DNA from: Escherichia coli
GTDB lineage: Bacteria > Pseudomonadota > Gammaproteobacteria > Enterobacterales > Enterobacteriaceae
NCBI RefSeq assembly: GCF_003334335.1
Contig: NZ_QOWQ01000009.1
DNA: 64,000 nt
Direction: 5' to 3' (one strand)
Shown here: one piece after another, positions 38,223-52,289 of the stretch
Position numbering within the stretch: the stretch's first letter is position 1
Layout: each line of letters opens with the position of its first letter
Made by a program: the position numbers and the translations under genes
The notes under the pieces: generated by a model
Told to the model about the DNA's origin: nothing
The model's input: the letters and a program-made list of their open reading frames with translations, nothing else
Database searches by the model: none

Positions 38223-39560
38223 ATGATGTATCGCATCAGAAATTGGTTGGTAGCGACGCTGCTGCTGCTGTGCACGCCGGTGGGTGCCGCGACGCTCTCT
38301 GATATTCAGGTTTCTAACGGTAATCAACAGGCGCGGATAACGTTGAGTTTTATTGGCGATCCTGATTATGCGTTTAGCCATCAAAGCAAACGCACCGTGG
38401 CGCTCGATATCAAACAAACGGGCGTGATTCAGGGACTGCCGTTGTTGTTCAGCGGCAATAATCTGGTGAAGGCGATTCGCTCTGGAACGCCTAAAGATGC
38501 ACAAACGCTACGGCTGGTGGTCGATCTTACCGAAAACGGTAAAACCGAAGCGGTGAAGCGGCAGAATGGCAGCAATTACACTGTCGTCTTTACGATTAAC
38601 GCCGATGTGCCGCCACCGCCTCCTCCGCCGCCCGTGGTTGCGAAACGCGTTGAAACGCCTGCGGTTGTCGCACCGCGCGTCAGCGAACCGGCGCGCAATC
38701 CGTTTAAAACGGAAAGTAACCGCACTACGGGTGTTATCAGCAGTAATACGGTAACGCGTCCGGCAGCGCGCGCGACGGCTAACACTGGCGATAAAATTAT
38801 CATCGCTATTGATGCCGGACACGGCGGTCAGGACCCTGGCGCTATCGGCCCCGGTGGTACGCGGGAGAAAAATGTCACCATCGCCATCGCGCGTAAATTG
38901 CGTACTTTGCTCAATGACGATCCGATGTTTAAAGGCGTTTTAACCCGTGACGGGGATTACTTTATCTCGGTGATGGGGCGCAGTGATGTGGCACGTAAGC
39001 AAAACGCCAATTTCCTCGTGTCGATTCACGCTGATGCCGCACCGAACCGCAGTGCGACTGGCGCTTCCGTATGGGTGCTCTCTAACCGTCGCGCCAACAG
39101 TGAAATGGCCAGCTGGCTGGAGCAGCACGAGAAACAGTCGGAGCTGCTGGGTGGGGCGGGTGATGTGCTGGCGAACAGTCAGTCTGACCCCTATTTAAGC
39201 CAGGCGGTGCTGGATTTACAGTTCGGTCATTCCCAGCGGGTAGGGTATGATGTAGCGACCAGTATGATCAGTCAGTTGCAACGCATTGGCGAAATACATA
39301 AACGTCGACCAGAACACGCCAGCCTTGGCGTTCTGCGCTCGCCGGATATCCCATCAGTACTGGTCGAAACCGGTTTTATCAGCAACAACAGCGAAGAACG
39401 TTTGCTGGCGAGCGACGATTACCAACAACAGCTGGCAGAAGCCATTTACAAAGGCCTGCGCAATTACTTCCTTGCGCATCCGATGCAATCTGCGCCGCAG
39501 GGTGCAACGGCACAAACTGCCAGTACGGTGACGACGCCAGATCGCACGCTGCCAAACTAA
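38223..39560 (+). CDS. amiB: N-acetylmuramoyl-L-alanine amidase AmiB
   Basis: 445 aa from [27 protein letters not shown]... with the Ami_3 amidase domain. Confidence 0.95.
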
Positions 39561-39569
39561 GGACGATTG

Positions 39570-41417
39570 ATGCCAATTCAGGTCTTACCGCCACAACTGG
39601 CGAACCAGATTGCCGCAGGTGAGGTGGTCGAGCGACCTGCGTCGGTAGTCAAAGAACTAGTGGAAAACAGCCTCGATGCAGGTGCGACGCGTATCGATAT
39701 TGATATCGAACGCGGTGGGGCGAAACTTATCCGCATTCGTGATAACGGCTGCGGTATCAAAAAAGATGAGCTGGCGCTGGCGCTGGCTCGTCATGCCACC
39801 AGTAAAATCGCCTCTCTGGACGATCTCGAAGCCATTATCAGCCTGGGCTTTCGCGGTGAGGCGCTGGCGAGTATCAGTTCGGTTTCCCGCCTGACGCTCA
39901 CTTCACGCACCGCAGAACAGCAGGAAGCCTGGCAGGCCTATGCCGAAGGGCGCGATATGAACGTGACGGTAAAACCGGCGGCGCATCCTGTGGGGACGAC
40001 GCTGGAGGTGCTGGATCTGTTCTACAACACCCCGGCGCGGCGCAAATTCCTGCGCACCGAGAAAACCGAATTTAACCACATTGATGAGATCATCCGCCGC
40101 ATTGCGCTGGCGCGTTTCGACGTCACGATCAACCTGTCGCATAACGGTAAAATTGTGCGTCAGTACCGCGCAGTGCCGGAAGGCGGGCAAAAAGAACGGC
40201 GCTTAGGCGCGATTTGCGGCACCGCTTTTCTTGAACAAGCGCTGGCGATTGAATGGCAACACGGCGATCTCACGCTACGCGGCTGGGTGGCCGATCCAAA
40301 TCACACCACGCCCGCACTGGCAGAAATTCAGTATTGCTACGTGAACGGTCGCATGATGCGCGATCGCCTGATCAATCACGCGATCCGCCAGGCCTGCGAA
40401 GACAAACTGGGGGCCGATCAGCAACCGGCATTTGTGTTGTATCTGGAGATCGACCCACATCAGGTGGACGTCAACGTGCACCCCGCCAAACACGAAGTGC
40501 GTTTCCATCAGTCGCGTCTGGTGCATGATTTTATCTATCAGGGCGTGCTGAGCGTGCTACAACAGCAACTGGAAACGCCGCTACCGCTGGACGATGAACC
40601 CCAACCTGCACCGCGTTCCATTCCGGAAAACCGCGTGGCGGCGGGGCGCAATCACTTTGCAGAACCGGCAGCTCGTGAGCCGGTAGCTCCGCGCTACACT
40701 CCTGCGCCAGCATCAGGCAGTCGTCCGGCTGCCCCCTGGCCGAATGCGCAGCCAGGCTACCAGAAACAGCAAGGTGAAGTGTATCGCCAGCTTTTGCAAA
40801 CGCCCGCGCCGATGCAAAAATTAAAAGCGCCGGAACCGCAGGAACCTGCACTTGCGGCGAACAGTCAGAGTTTTGGTCGGGTACTGACTATCGTCCATTC
40901 CGACTGTGCGTTGCTGGAGCGCGACGGCAACATTTCACTTTTATCCTTGCCAGTGGCAGAACGTTGGCTGCGTCAGGCACAATTGACGCCGGGTGAAGCG
41001 CCCGTTTGCGCCCAGCCGCTGCTGATTCCGTTGCGGCTAAAAGTTTCTGCCGAAGAAAAATCGGCATTAGAAAAAGCGCAGTCTGCCCTAGCGGAATTGG
41101 GTATTGATTTCCAGTCAGATGCACAGCATGTGACCATCAGGGCAGTGCCTTTACCCTTACGCCAACAAAATTTACAAATCTTGATTCCTGAACTGATAGG
41201 CTACCTGGCGAAGCAGTCCGTATTCGAACCTGGCAATATTGCGCAGTGGATTGCACGAAATCTGATGAGCGAACATGCGCAGTGGTCAATGGCACAGGCC
41301 ATAACCCTGCTGGCGGACGTGGAACGGTTATGTCCGCAACTTGTGAAAACGCCGCCGGGTGGTCTGTTACAATCTGTTGATTTACATCCGGCGATAAAAG
41401 CCCTGAAAGATGAGTGA
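39570..41417 (+). CDS. mutL: DNA mismatch repair protein MutL
   Basis: 615-aa [39 protein letters not shown]... Confidence 0.97.
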
Positions 41418-42360
41418 TATCAGTAAGGCGAGCCTGCCTAAGGCGATTTTTTTGATGGGGCCGACGGCCTCCGGTAAAACGGCGTTAGCCATTGAGCTGC
41501 GTAAAATTTTACCAGTAGAGTTGATAAGCGTTGATTCTGCCCTTATTTACAAAGGGATGGATATCGGGACGGCGAAGCCGAACGCTGAAGAGTTACTCGC
41601 CGCGCCGCACCGATTGCTGGATATTCGTGATCCGTCGCAGGCTTACTCGGCTGCTGATTTTCGCCGCGATGCGCTGGCGGAAATGGCCGATATCACCGCG
41701 GCGGGGCGGATCCCACTGTTAGTGGGCGGTACGATGTTGTATTTCAAGGCATTGCTGGAAGGGTTGTCGCCGCTACCGTCGGCAGACCCGGAAGTACGGG
41801 CCAGAATTGAGCAACAGGCGGCAGAGCAAGGTTGGGAGTCATTGCATCGTCAACTTCAGGAGGTAGATCCGGTTGCGGCAGCAAGGATTCATCCAAATGA
41901 TCCACAAAGGCTTTCCCGGGCACTGGAAGTTTTTTTCATTTCGGGTAAAACTTTAACGGAACTGACGCAAACGTCAGGAGACGCTCTACCGTATCAGGTG
42001 CATCAGTTCGCCATCGCCCCGGCGAGCCGTGAACTGCTCCATCAACGCATTGAGCAGCGTTTTCATCAGATGTTGGCTTCAGGTTTTGAAGCAGAAGTCC
42101 GGGCGCTTTTTGCCCGAGGAGATTTGCATACGGACTTGCCTTCCATTCGTTGCGTGGGTTATCGCCAGATGTGGTCTTACCTTGAAGGCGAAATCTCATA
42201 CGATGAAATGGTTTATCGAGGTGTTTGCGCCACGAGACAGTTGGCGAAGCGGCAGATAACCTGGCTGCGTGGTTGGGAAGGGGTTCACTGGCTTGACAGT
42301 GAAAAACCAGAACAGGCGCGTGACGAAGTATTACAGGTTGTTGGTGCTATCGCAGGCTGA
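41410..42360 (+). CDS. miaA: tRNA dimethylallyltransferase MiaA
   Basis: 316-aa [30 protein letters not shown]... Confidence 0.97.
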
Positions 42361-42433
42361 ATGTGTACAATTGAGACGTATCGTGCGCAATTTTTTCAGA
42401 ATCGAAAGGTTCAAAGTACAAATAAGCATATAA

Positions 42434-42754
<321 letters not shown>

Positions 42755-42829
42755 GGTTTCGGGCTGTTTTTTTACACGGGGAGCCAGCGATCCTGCGTTC
42801 CCCGCTGATCTATTTAGAGGGTTATACGC

Positions 42830-44110
42830 TTGTTTGACCGTTATGATGCTGGTGAGCAGGCGGTACTGGTACACATCTATTTTACGCAAGACAAAGATAT
42901 GGAAGACCTCCAGGAGTTTGAATCTCTGGTCTCTTCCGCCGGTGTCGAAGCATTGCAGGTGATTACCGGTAGCCGTAAAGCGCCGCACCCAAAGTATTTT
43001 GTAGGTGAAGGTAAAGCAGTTGAAATTGCGGAAGCTGTCAAAGCGACGGGTGCTTCGGTCGTTCTTTTTGACCATGCCCTGAGCCCGGCGCAAGAGCGTA
43101 ACCTGGAGCGTTTGTGCGAGTGTCGTGTTATCGACCGCACCGGCCTTATTTTAGATATTTTCGCCCAACGTGCGCGTACCCATGAGGGTAAGTTGCAGGT
43201 TGAGCTGGCGCAGCTGCGCCATCTGGCTACGCGCCTGGTGCGTGGCTGGACCCACCTTGAAAGACAGAAAGGCGGGATAGGTTTGCGTGGTCCGGGTGAA
43301 ACCCAGCTCGAAACCGACCGTCGTTTGTTGCGTAATCGCATCGTGCAGATACAGTCGCGCCTGGAAAGAGTTGAAAAGCAGCGTGAGCAGGGGCGGCAAT
43401 CGCGTATCAAAGCCGACGTTCCTACTGTTTCGCTGGTGGGATATACCAACGCCGGTAAATCTACCCTTTTCAATCGCATCACCGAAGCGCGGGTCTACGC
43501 GGCAGACCAGTTGTTTGCCACCCTCGACCCGACGTTGCGGCGTATTGACGTTGCAGATGTCGGTGAAACCGTACTTGCAGATACCGTAGGGTTTATTCGC
43601 CACCTGCCGCACGATCTGGTGGCGGCATTTAAAGCCACGTTACAAGAGACGCGGCAAGCCACATTACTGCTGCACGTCATTGATGCGGCGGATGTGCGTG
43701 TACAAGAAAACATCGAAGCGGTGAATACGGTTCTTGAAGAGATCGACGCTCACGAGATCCCAACCCTGCTGGTGATGAACAAGATCGATATGCTGGAAGA
43801 TTTCGAACCGCGTATTGATCGGGACGAAGAGAACAAACCGATCCGTGTCTGGCTTTCCGCACAGACCGGAGCGGGGATACCACAGCTTTTTCAGGCTTTG
43901 ACGGAGCGGCTTTCCGGCGAGGTGGCGCAGCATACATTGCGTCTGCCACCGCAGGAAGGGCGTCTGAGAAGTCGTTTTTATCAGCTTCAGGCAATAGAAA
44001 AAGAGTGGATGGAGGAGGACGGCAGCGTAAGTCTGCAAGTTCGTATGCCGATCGTTGACTGGCGTCGCCTCTGTAAACAAGAACCGGCGTTGATCGATTA
44101 CCTGATCTAA
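42830..44110 (+). CDS. hflX: Ribosome-associated GTPase HflX
   Basis: 426-aa protein with a GTPase domain (GYTNAGKST); TTG start. Confidence 0.95.
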   Translation: MFDRYDAGEQAVLVHIYFTQDKDMEDLQEFESLVSSAGVEALQVITGSRKAPHPKYFVGEGKAVEIAEAVKATGASVVLFDHALSPAQERNLERLCECRVIDRTGLILDIFAQRARTHEGKLQVELAQLRHLATRLVRGWTHLERQKGGIGLRGPGETQLETDRRLLRNRIVQIQSRLERVEKQREQGRQSRIKADVPTVSLVGYTNAGKSTLFNRITEARVYAADQLFATLDPTLRRIDVADVGETVLADTVGFIRHLPHDLVAAFKATLQETRQATLLLHVIDAADVRVQENIEAVNTVLEEIDAHEIPTLLVMNKIDMLEDFEPRIDRDEENKPIRVWLSAQTGAGIPQLFQALTERLSGEVAQHTLRLPPQEGRLRSRFYQLQAIEKEWMEEDGSVSLQVRMPIVDWRRLCKQEPALIDYLI

Positions 44111-44195
44111 CGGCGTAGCGTCTGAAGCGTGGAGTCATATCCTCTGGCGTCGAAAGACAACAGGGATCACCGCATAACAAATATGGAGCACAAAC

Positions 44196-45455
44196 ATGGC
44201 GTGGAATCAGCCCGGTAATAACGGACAAGACCGCGACCCGTGGGGAAGCAGCAAACCTGGCGGCAACTCTGAGGGAAATGGAAACAAAGGCGGTCGCGAT
44301 CAAGGGCCACCTGATTTAGATGATATCTTCCGCAAACTGAGCAAAAAGCTCGGTGGTCTGGGCGGCGGTAAAGGCACCGGATCTGGCGGTGGCAGTTCAT
44401 CGCAAGGCCCGCGCCCGCAGCTTGGCGGTCGTGTCGTTACCATCGCAGCGGCAGCGATTGTCATTATCTGGGCGGCCAGTGGTTTCTATACCATTAAAGA
44501 AGCCGAACGCGGCGTGGTAACACGCTTTGGTAAATTCAGCCATCTTGTTGAGCCGGGTCTGAACTGGAAACCGACGTTTATCGACGAAGTCAAACCGGTG
44601 AACGTGGAAGCCGTGCGTGAACTGGCCGCTTCTGGTGTGATGCTGACGTCGGACGAGAACGTAGTGCGCGTTGAGATGAACGTGCAGTACCGCGTCACCA
44701 ATCCGGAAAAATATCTGTATAGCGTGACCAGCCCGGATGACAGCCTGCGTCAGGCTACCGACAGCGCCCTGCGTGGAGTTATCGGTAAATACACCATGGA
44801 CCGCATTCTGACGGAAGGTCGTACCGTGATTCGTAGCGATACTCAGCGCGAACTGGAAGAGACGATTCGTCCGTATGACATGGGTATCACGCTGCTGGAC
44901 GTCAACTTCCAGGCTGCTCGTCCGCCGGAAGAAGTAAAAGCGGCGTTTGACGATGCGATTGCCGCGCGTGAAAACGAACAGCAATACATTCGTGAAGCAG
45001 AAGCGTATACCAACGAAGTTCAGCCGCGTGCGAACGGTCAGGCGCAACGTATCCTCGAAGAGGCGCGTGCGTACAAGGCCCAGACCATCCTGGAAGCTCA
45101 GGGTGAAGTGGCGCGCTTTGCTAAACTTCTGCCGGAATATAAAGCCGCGCCGGAAATTACTCGCGAGCGTCTGTATATCGAGACGATGGAAAAAGTGTTG
45201 GGTAACACCCGCAAAGTGCTGGTTAACGATAAAGGTGGCAACCTGATGGTTCTGCCGTTAGACCAGATGCTGAAAGGTGGTAACGCCCCTGCGGCGAAGA
45301 GCGATAACGGTGCCAGCAATCTGCTGCGTCTGCCGCCAGCCTCTTCCTCCACAACCAGTGGAGCAAGCAACACGTCGTCCACCAGTCAGGGCGATATTAT
45401 GGACCAACGCCGCGCCAACGCGCAGCGTAACGACTACCAGCGTCAGGGGGAATAA
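44196..45455 (+). CDS. hflK: FtsH modulator HflK (SPFH family)
   Basis: 419-aa MAWNQPGNNGQDRDPWGSSKPGG... Confidence 0.97.
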   Translation: MAWNQPGNNGQDRDPWGSSKPGGNSEGNGNKGGRDQGPPDLDDIFRKLSKKLGGLGGGKGTGSGGGSSSQGPRPQLGGRVVTIAAAAIVIIWAASGFYTIKEAERGVVTRFGKFSHLVEPGLNWKPTFIDEVKPVNVEAVRELAASGVMLTSDENVVRVEMNVQYRVTNPEKYLYSVTSPDDSLRQATDSALRGVIGKYTMDRILTEGRTVIRSDTQRELEETIRPYDMGITLLDVNFQAARPPEEVKAAFDDAIAARENEQQYIREAEAYTNEVQPRANGQAQRILEEARAYKAQTILEAQGEVARFAKLLPEYKAAPEITRERLYIETMEKVLGNTRKVLVNDKGGNLMVLPLDQMLKGGNAPAAKSDNGASNLLRLPPASSSTTSGASNTSSTSQGDIMDQRRANAQRNDYQRQGE

Positions 45456-45457
45456 CG

Positions 45458-46462
45458 ATGCGTAAGTCAGTTATCGCGATTATCATCATCGTGCTGGTAG
45501 TGCTTTACATGTCTGTCTTTGTCGTCAAAGAAGGTGAGCGCGGTATTACGCTGCGTTTTGGTAAGGTACTGCGTGACGATGACAACAAACCTCTGGTTTA
45601 TGAGCCGGGTCTGCATTTCAAGATACCGTTCATTGAAACGGTGAAAATGCTCGACGCACGTATTCAGACCATGGACAACCAGGCCGACCGCTTTGTGACC
45701 AAAGAGAAGAAAGACCTGATCGTCGACTCTTACATCAAATGGCGCATCAGCGATTTCAGCCGTTACTACCTGGCAACGGGTGGTGGCGACATTTCGCAAG
45801 CGGAAGTGCTGTTGAAACGTAAGTTCTCTGACCGTCTGCGTTCTGAAATTGGTCGCCTGGACGTGAAAGATATCGTCACCGATTCCCGTGGTCGTCTGAC
45901 CCTCGAAGTACGTGACGCGCTGAACTCCGGTTCTGCGGGTACAGAAGATGAAGTTACTACCCCGGCGGCAGATAACGCCATTGCCGAAGCGGCAGAGCGC
46001 GTAACGGCTGAGACGAAGGGCAAAGTTCCGGTCATCAACCCGAACAGTATGGCGGCGCTGGGTATTGAAGTTGTCGATGTGCGTATCAAGCAGATCAACC
46101 TGCCGACCGAAGTGTCTGAAGCGATCTACAACCGTATGCGCGCCGAGCGTGAAGCGGTAGCGCGTCGTCACCGTTCACAAGGTCAGGAAGAAGCGGAAAA
46201 ACTGCGCGCGACTGCCGACTATGAAGTGACCAGAACGCTGGCAGAAGCTGAGCGTCAGGGCCGCATCATGCGTGGTGAAGGCGATGCCGAAGCAGCCAAA
46301 CTGTTTGCTGATGCATTCAGTAAAGATCCGGACTTCTACGCATTCATCCGTAGCCTGCGTGCTTATGAGAACAGCTTCTCTGGCAATCAGGACGTGATGG
46401 TCATGAGCCCGGATAGCGATTTCTTCCGCTACATGAAGACGCCGACTTCCGCAACGCGTTAA
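45458..46462 (+). CDS. hflC: FtsH modulator HflC (SPFH family)
   Basis: 334-aa MRKSVIAIIIIVLVVLYMSVFVVKEGERG... Confidence 0.97.
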   Translation: MRKSVIAIIIIVLVVLYMSVFVVKEGERGITLRFGKVLRDDDNKPLVYEPGLHFKIPFIETVKMLDARIQTMDNQADRFVTKEKKDLIVDSYIKWRISDFSRYYLATGGGDISQAEVLLKRKFSDRLRSEIGRLDVKDIVTDSRGRLTLEVRDALNSGSAGTEDEVTTPAADNAIAEAAERVTAETKGKVPVINPNSMAALGIEVVDVRIKQINLPTEVSEAIYNRMRAEREAVARRHRSQGQEEAEKLRATADYEVTRTLAEAERQGRIMRGEGDAEAAKLFADAFSKDPDFYAFIRSLRAYENSFSGNQDVMVMSPDSDFFRYMKTPTSATR

Positions 46463-46488
46463 TATAACGACTGCGGTACAGGTCAATA

Positions 46489-46530
46489 AAGCCACCGCAT
46501 CCTCAGGGATGTCGGTGGTTTTCTTTTTCT
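46489..46530 (+). terminator. hflC intrinsic terminator
   Basis: CCACCG...CGGTGG stem followed by TTTTCTTTTTC. Confidence 0.6.
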
Positions 46531-46543
46531 ATAAGGATAATGA

Positions 46544-46741
46544 ATGAATTCGACAATCTGGCTGGCGCTTGCCCTGGTTTTGGTACTGGAAGGTTTAGGG
46601 CCGATGCTTTACCCGAAGGCATGGAAGAAGATGATCTCTGCGATGACCAATTTGCCCGATAATATTTTACGTCGTTTTGGCGGTGGACTTGTGGTTGCGG
46701 GCGTTGTGGTCTACTACATGTTGAGGAAAACGATTGGCTGA
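46544..46741 (+). CDS. yjeT: Small membrane protein YjeT
   Basis: 65-aa MNSTIWLALALVLVLEGLGPMLYPKAWKKM... Confidence 0.85.
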   Translation: MNSTIWLALALVLVLEGLGPMLYPKAWKKMISAMTNLPDNILRRFGGGLVVAGVVVYYMLRKTIG

Positions 46742-46812
46742 ACAAAAAACAGACTGATCGAGGTCATTTTTGAGTGCAAAAAGTGCTGTAACTCTGAAAA
46801 AGCGATGGTAGA

Positions 46813-46828
46813 ATCCATTTTTAAGCAA
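46813..46828 (+). promoter_or_regulatory. Candidate PurR operator (PUR-box-like) in the purA leader
   Basis: AAGCAAACGGTGATTT contains the GCAAACG core of the PUR box, just downstream of a TAGAAT -10-like hexamer. Confidence 0.35.
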
Positions 46829-46841
46829 ACGGTGATTTTGA

Positions 46842-48143
<1,302 letters not shown>

Positions 48144-48347
48144 TTCTGGTACGCCTGGCAGATATTTTGCCTGCCGGGCGAACAGTGTGATACATTGCTG
48201 TGTCGGGTAAGCCATTACGCTATCCGACACAGTGTTAAATCCTCGCTTTTTTCCTTCCCCGAACTGAAATAAATTAGCGACACAGCTTGTGGCTGGTTTA
48301 TCATCAATATAAATGTATTTTTTCCCGATTTCCCTTTTGAGGTTGAT

Positions 48348-48773
48348 GTGCAGTTAACGAGTTTCACTGATTACGGATTACGTGCGCTGATCTACATGGC
48401 GTCATTGCCAGAAGGGCGGATGACCAGTATTTCTGAAGTGACTGACGTCTACGGCGTCTCCCGTAATCATATGGTCAAAATAATCAATCAACTTAGTCGT
48501 GCCGGCTACGTGACTGCTGTTCGTGGAAAAAATGGCGGCATTCGCCTGGGTAAACCGGCGAGTGCGATACGTATTGGTGATGTGGTGCGCGAGCTGGAGC
48601 CCTTATCGCTGGTGAATTGCAGCAGTGAGTTTTGCCACATTACACCTGCCTGTAGGTTGAAACAGGCACTTTCTAAGGCCGTGCAAAGTTTTCTTACGGA
48701 ACTGGATAACTACACGCTTGCCGATTTGGTTGAAGAGAATCAACCGCTTTATAAATTATTGCTGGTGGAGTGA
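48348..48773 (+). CDS. nsrR: Nitric-oxide-sensing repressor NsrR (Rrf2 family)
   Basis: 141-aa (M)[23 protein letters not shown]... from a GTG start. Confidence 0.93.
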
Positions 48774-48811
48774 CGAAAATCTTCATCAGAGATGACAACG
48801 GAGGAACCGAG

Positions 48812-51253
48812 ATGTCACAAGATCCTTTCCAGGAACGCGAAGCTGAAAAATACGCGAATCCCATCCCTAGTCGGGAATTTATCCTCGAACATTTAACCAA
48901 ACGTGAAAAACCGGCCAGCCGTGATGAGCTGGCGGTAGAACTGCACATTGAAGGCGAAGAGCAGCTTGAAGGCCTGCGTCGCCGCCTGCGCGCGATGGAG
49001 CGCGATGGTCAACTGGTCTTCACTCGTCGTCAGTGCTATGCGCTGCCGGAACGCCTCGACCTGGTGAAAGGTACCGTTATTGGCCACCGTGATGGCTACG
49101 GCTTTCTGCGGGTTGAAGGGCGTAAAGATGATTTGTATCTCTCCAGCGAGCAGATGAAAACCTGCATTCATGGCGATCAGGTGCTGGCTCAGCCGCTGGG
49201 TGCTGACCGTAAAGGTCGTCGTGAAGCGCGTATTGTCCGCGTACTGGTGCCAAAAACCAGCCAGATTGTTGGTCGCTACTTTACCGAAGCGGGCGTCGGC
49301 TTTGTGGTTCCTGACGACAGCCGTCTGAGCTTCGATATCTTAATCCCGCCCGATCAGATCATGGGCGCGCGGATGGGCTTTGTGGTCGTAGTCGAACTGA
49401 CTCAGCGTCCGACTCGCCGCACCAAAGCGGTGGGTAAAATCGTCGAAGTGCTGGGCGACAATATGGGCACCGGCATGGCGGTTGATATCGCTCTGCGTAC
49501 CCATGAAATTCCGTACATCTGGCCGCAGGCTGTTGAGCAACAGGTTGCCGGGCTGAAAGAAGAAGTGCCGGAAGAAGCAAAAGCGGGCCGTGTTGATCTG
49601 CGCGATTTACCGCTGGTCACCATTGATGGCGAAGACGCCCGTGACTTTGACGATGCAGTTTACTGCGAGAAAAAACGCGGCGGCGGCTGGCGTTTATGGG
49701 TCGCGATTGCCGACGTCAGCTACTATGTGCGTCCGTCAACGCCGCTGGACAGAGAAGCGCGTAACCGTGGCACGTCGGTGTACTTCCCTTCGCAGGTTAT
49801 CCCGATGCTGCCGGAAGTGCTCTCTAACGGCCTGTGTTCGCTCAACCCGCAGGTAGACCGCCTGTGTATGGTGTGCGAGATGACGGTTTCGTCGAAAGGC
49901 CGCCTGACGGGCTACAAATTCTACGAAGCGGTGATGAGCTCTCACGCGCGTCTGACCTACACCAAAGTCTGGCATATTCTGCAGGGCGATCAGGATCTGC
50001 GCGAGCAGTACGCCCCGCTGGTTAAGCATCTCGAAGAGTTGCATAACCTCTATAAAGTGCTGGATAAAGCCCGTGAAGAACGCGGTGGGATCTCATTTGA
50101 GAGCGAAGAAGCGAAGTTCATTTTCAACGCTGAACGCCGTATTGAACGTATCGAACAGACCCAGCGTAACGACGCGCACAAATTAATTGAAGAGTGCATG
50201 ATTCTGGCGAATATCTCGGCGGCGCGTTTCGTTGAGAAAGCGAAAGAACCGGCACTGTTCCGTATTCACGACAAGCCGAGCACCGAAGCGATTACCTCTT
50301 TCCGTTCAGTGCTGGCGGAGCTGGGGCTGGAACTGCCGGGCGGTAACAAGCCGGAACCGCGTGACTACGCGGAGCTGCTGGAGTCGGTTGCCGATCGTCC
50401 TGATGCAGAAATGCTGCAAACCATGCTGCTGCGCTCGATGAAACAGGCGATTTACGATCCAGAAAACCGTGGTCACTTTGGCCTGGCATTGCAGTCCTAT
50501 GCGCACTTTACTTCGCCGATTCGTCGTTATCCAGACCTGACGCTGCACCGCGCCATTAAATACCTGCTGGCGAAAGAGCAGGGGCATCAGGGCAACACCA
50601 CTGAAACCGGCGGCTACCATTATTCGATGGAAGAGATGCTGCAACTGGGTCAGCACTGTTCGATGGCGGAACGTCGTGCCGACGAAGCAACGCGCGATGT
50701 GGCTGACTGGCTGAAGTGTGACTTCATGCTCGACCAGGTAGGTAACGTCTTTAAAGGCGTAATTTCCAGCGTCACTGGCTTTGGCTTCTTCGTCCGTCTG
50801 GACGACTTGTTCATTGATGGTCTGGTCCATGTCTCTTCGCTGGACAATGACTACTATCGCTTTGACCAGGTAGGGCAACGCCTGATGGGGGAATCCAGCG
50901 GCCAGACTTATCGCCTGGGCGATCGCGTGGAAGTTCGCGTCGAAGCGGTTAATATGGACGAGCGCAAAATCGACTTTAGCCTGATCTCCAGCGAACGCGC
51001 ACCGCGCAACGTCGGTAAAACGGCGCGCGAGAAAGCGAAAAAAGGCGATGCAGGTAAAAAAGGCGGCAAGCGTCGTCAGGTCGGTAAAAAGGTAAACTTT
51101 GAGCCAGACAGCGCCTTCCGCGGTGAGAAAAAAACGAAGCCGAAAGCGGCGAAGAAAGACGCGAGAAAAGCGAAAAAGCCATCGGCGAAAACGCAGAAAA
51201 TAGCTGCAGCGACCAAAGCGAAGCGTGCGGCGAAGAAAAAAGTGGCAGAGTGA
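48812..51253 (+). CDS. rnr: Ribonuclease R
   Basis: 813 aa from [23 protein letters not shown]... with RNB and S1 domains and a Lys-rich tail. Confidence 0.97.
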   Translation: MSQDPFQEREAEKYANPIPSREFILEHLTKREKPASRDELAVELHIEGEEQLEGLRRRLRAMERDGQLVFTRRQCYALPERLDLVKGTVIGHRDGYGFLRVEGRKDDLYLSSEQMKTCIHGDQVLAQPLGADRKGRREARIVRVLVPKTSQIVGRYFTEAGVGFVVPDDSRLSFDILIPPDQIMGARMGFVVVVELTQRPTRRTKAVGKIVEVLGDNMGTGMAVDIALRTHEIPYIWPQAVEQQVAGLKEEVPEEAKAGRVDLRDLPLVTIDGEDARDFDDAVYCEKKRGGGWRLWVAIADVSYYVRPSTPLDREARNRGTSVYFPSQVIPMLPEVLSNGLCSLNPQVDRLCMVCEMTVSSKGRLTGYKFYEAVMSSHARLTYTKVWHILQGDQDLREQYAPLVKHLEELHNLYKVLDKAREERGGISFESEEAKFIFNAERRIERIEQTQRNDAHKLIEECMILANISAARFVEKAKEPALFRIHDKPSTEAITSFRSVLAELGLELPGGNKPEPRDYAELLESVADRPDAEMLQTMLLRSMKQAIYDPENRGHFGLALQSYAHFTSPIRRYPDLTLHRAIKYLLAKEQGHQGNTTETGGYHYSMEEMLQLGQHCSMAERRADEATRDVADWLKCDFMLDQVGNVFKGVISSVTGFGFFVRLDDLFIDGLVHVSSLDNDYYRFDQVGQRLMGESSGQTYRLGDRVEVRVEAVNMDERKIDFSLISSERAPRNVGKTAREKAKKGDAGKKGGKRRQVGKKVNFEPDSAFRGEKKTKPKAAKKDARKAKKPSAKTQKIAAATKAKRAAKKKVAE

Positions 51254-51310
51254 TCAATACCCTCTTTAAAAGAAGAGGGTTAGATTGCTGACAAAATGCG
51301 CTTTGTTCAT

Positions 51311-51407
51311 GCCGGATGCGGCGTGAACGCCTTATCCGGCCTACATAATCACGCAAATTCAATATATTGCAGAGATCATGTAGGCCGGATAAACGTAGTG
51401 CATCAGG
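51311..51407. repeat. REP elements
   Basis: GCCGGATGCGGCGTGAACGCCTTATCCGGCCTAC and an inverted TGTAGGCCGGATAAACG...CATCAGGC copy. Confidence 0.8.
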
Positions 51408-51432
51408 CAAAACGTAAACAACGAGTACATTA

Positions 51433-52164
51433 ATGAGCGAAATGATTTACGGCATCCACGCAGTGCAGGCCCTGCTGGAGCGCGCCCCTGAACGTTTTCA
51501 GGAAGTCTTTATTTTAAAAGGCCGTGAAGATAAACGTCTGTTACCGCTGATTCACGCCCTTGAGTCTCAGGGCGTGGTTATCCAGTTGGCAAACCGCCAA
51601 TATCTCGACGAGAAAAGCGACGGTGCCGTGCATCAGGGCATTATCGCCCGCGTGAAGCCAGGACGTCAGTATCAGGAAAACGATCTGCCGGATCTGATCG
51701 CTTCGCTCGATCAACCGTTCCTGCTGATCCTCGACGGCGTAACCGATCCGCACAACCTCGGCGCGTGCCTGCGTAGTGCGGACGCCGCAGGCGTTCATGC
51801 GGTGATTGTGCCGAAAGATCGCTCCGCACAGCTCAACGCTACGGCGAAAAAAGTAGCCTGCGGCGCGGCAGAAAGCGTTCCGCTGATTCGGGTGACTAAC
51901 CTTGCGCGCACCATGCGTATGTTGCAGGAAGAGAATATCTGGATCGTCGGTACGGCAGGCGAGGCGGATCATACACTCTATCAGAGCAAAATGACCGGAC
52001 GCCTGGCGCTGGTGATGGGTGCGGAAGGTGAAGGTATGCGTCGCCTGACTCGTGAACATTGCGATGAGTTGATCAGCATCCCGATGGCTGGAAGCGTTTC
52101 TTCCCTGAACGTTTCGGTTGCGACCGGAATTTGCTTATTTGAAGCGGTGCGCCAGCGCAGCTAA
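51433..52164 (+). CDS. rlmB: 23S rRNA (Gm2251) 2'-O-methyltransferase RlmB
   Basis: 243-aa [26 protein letters not shown]...; SpoU family. Confidence 0.95.
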
Positions 52165-52180
52165 TTTCTCAGAATTATGA

Positions 52181-52210
52181 AAAGCCATCCAGATTTGGAT
52201 GGTTTTTTTT
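52181..52210 (+). terminator. rlmB intrinsic terminator
   Basis: CCATCCA-GATT-TGGATGG hairpin followed by T8. Confidence 0.8.
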
Positions 52211-52289
52211 GTCTATAGCTGGTAAGATAATTACGTATTGCAAATATTCATTTTATTAATATTTAAACTTAATCTATATGGAATAATAT

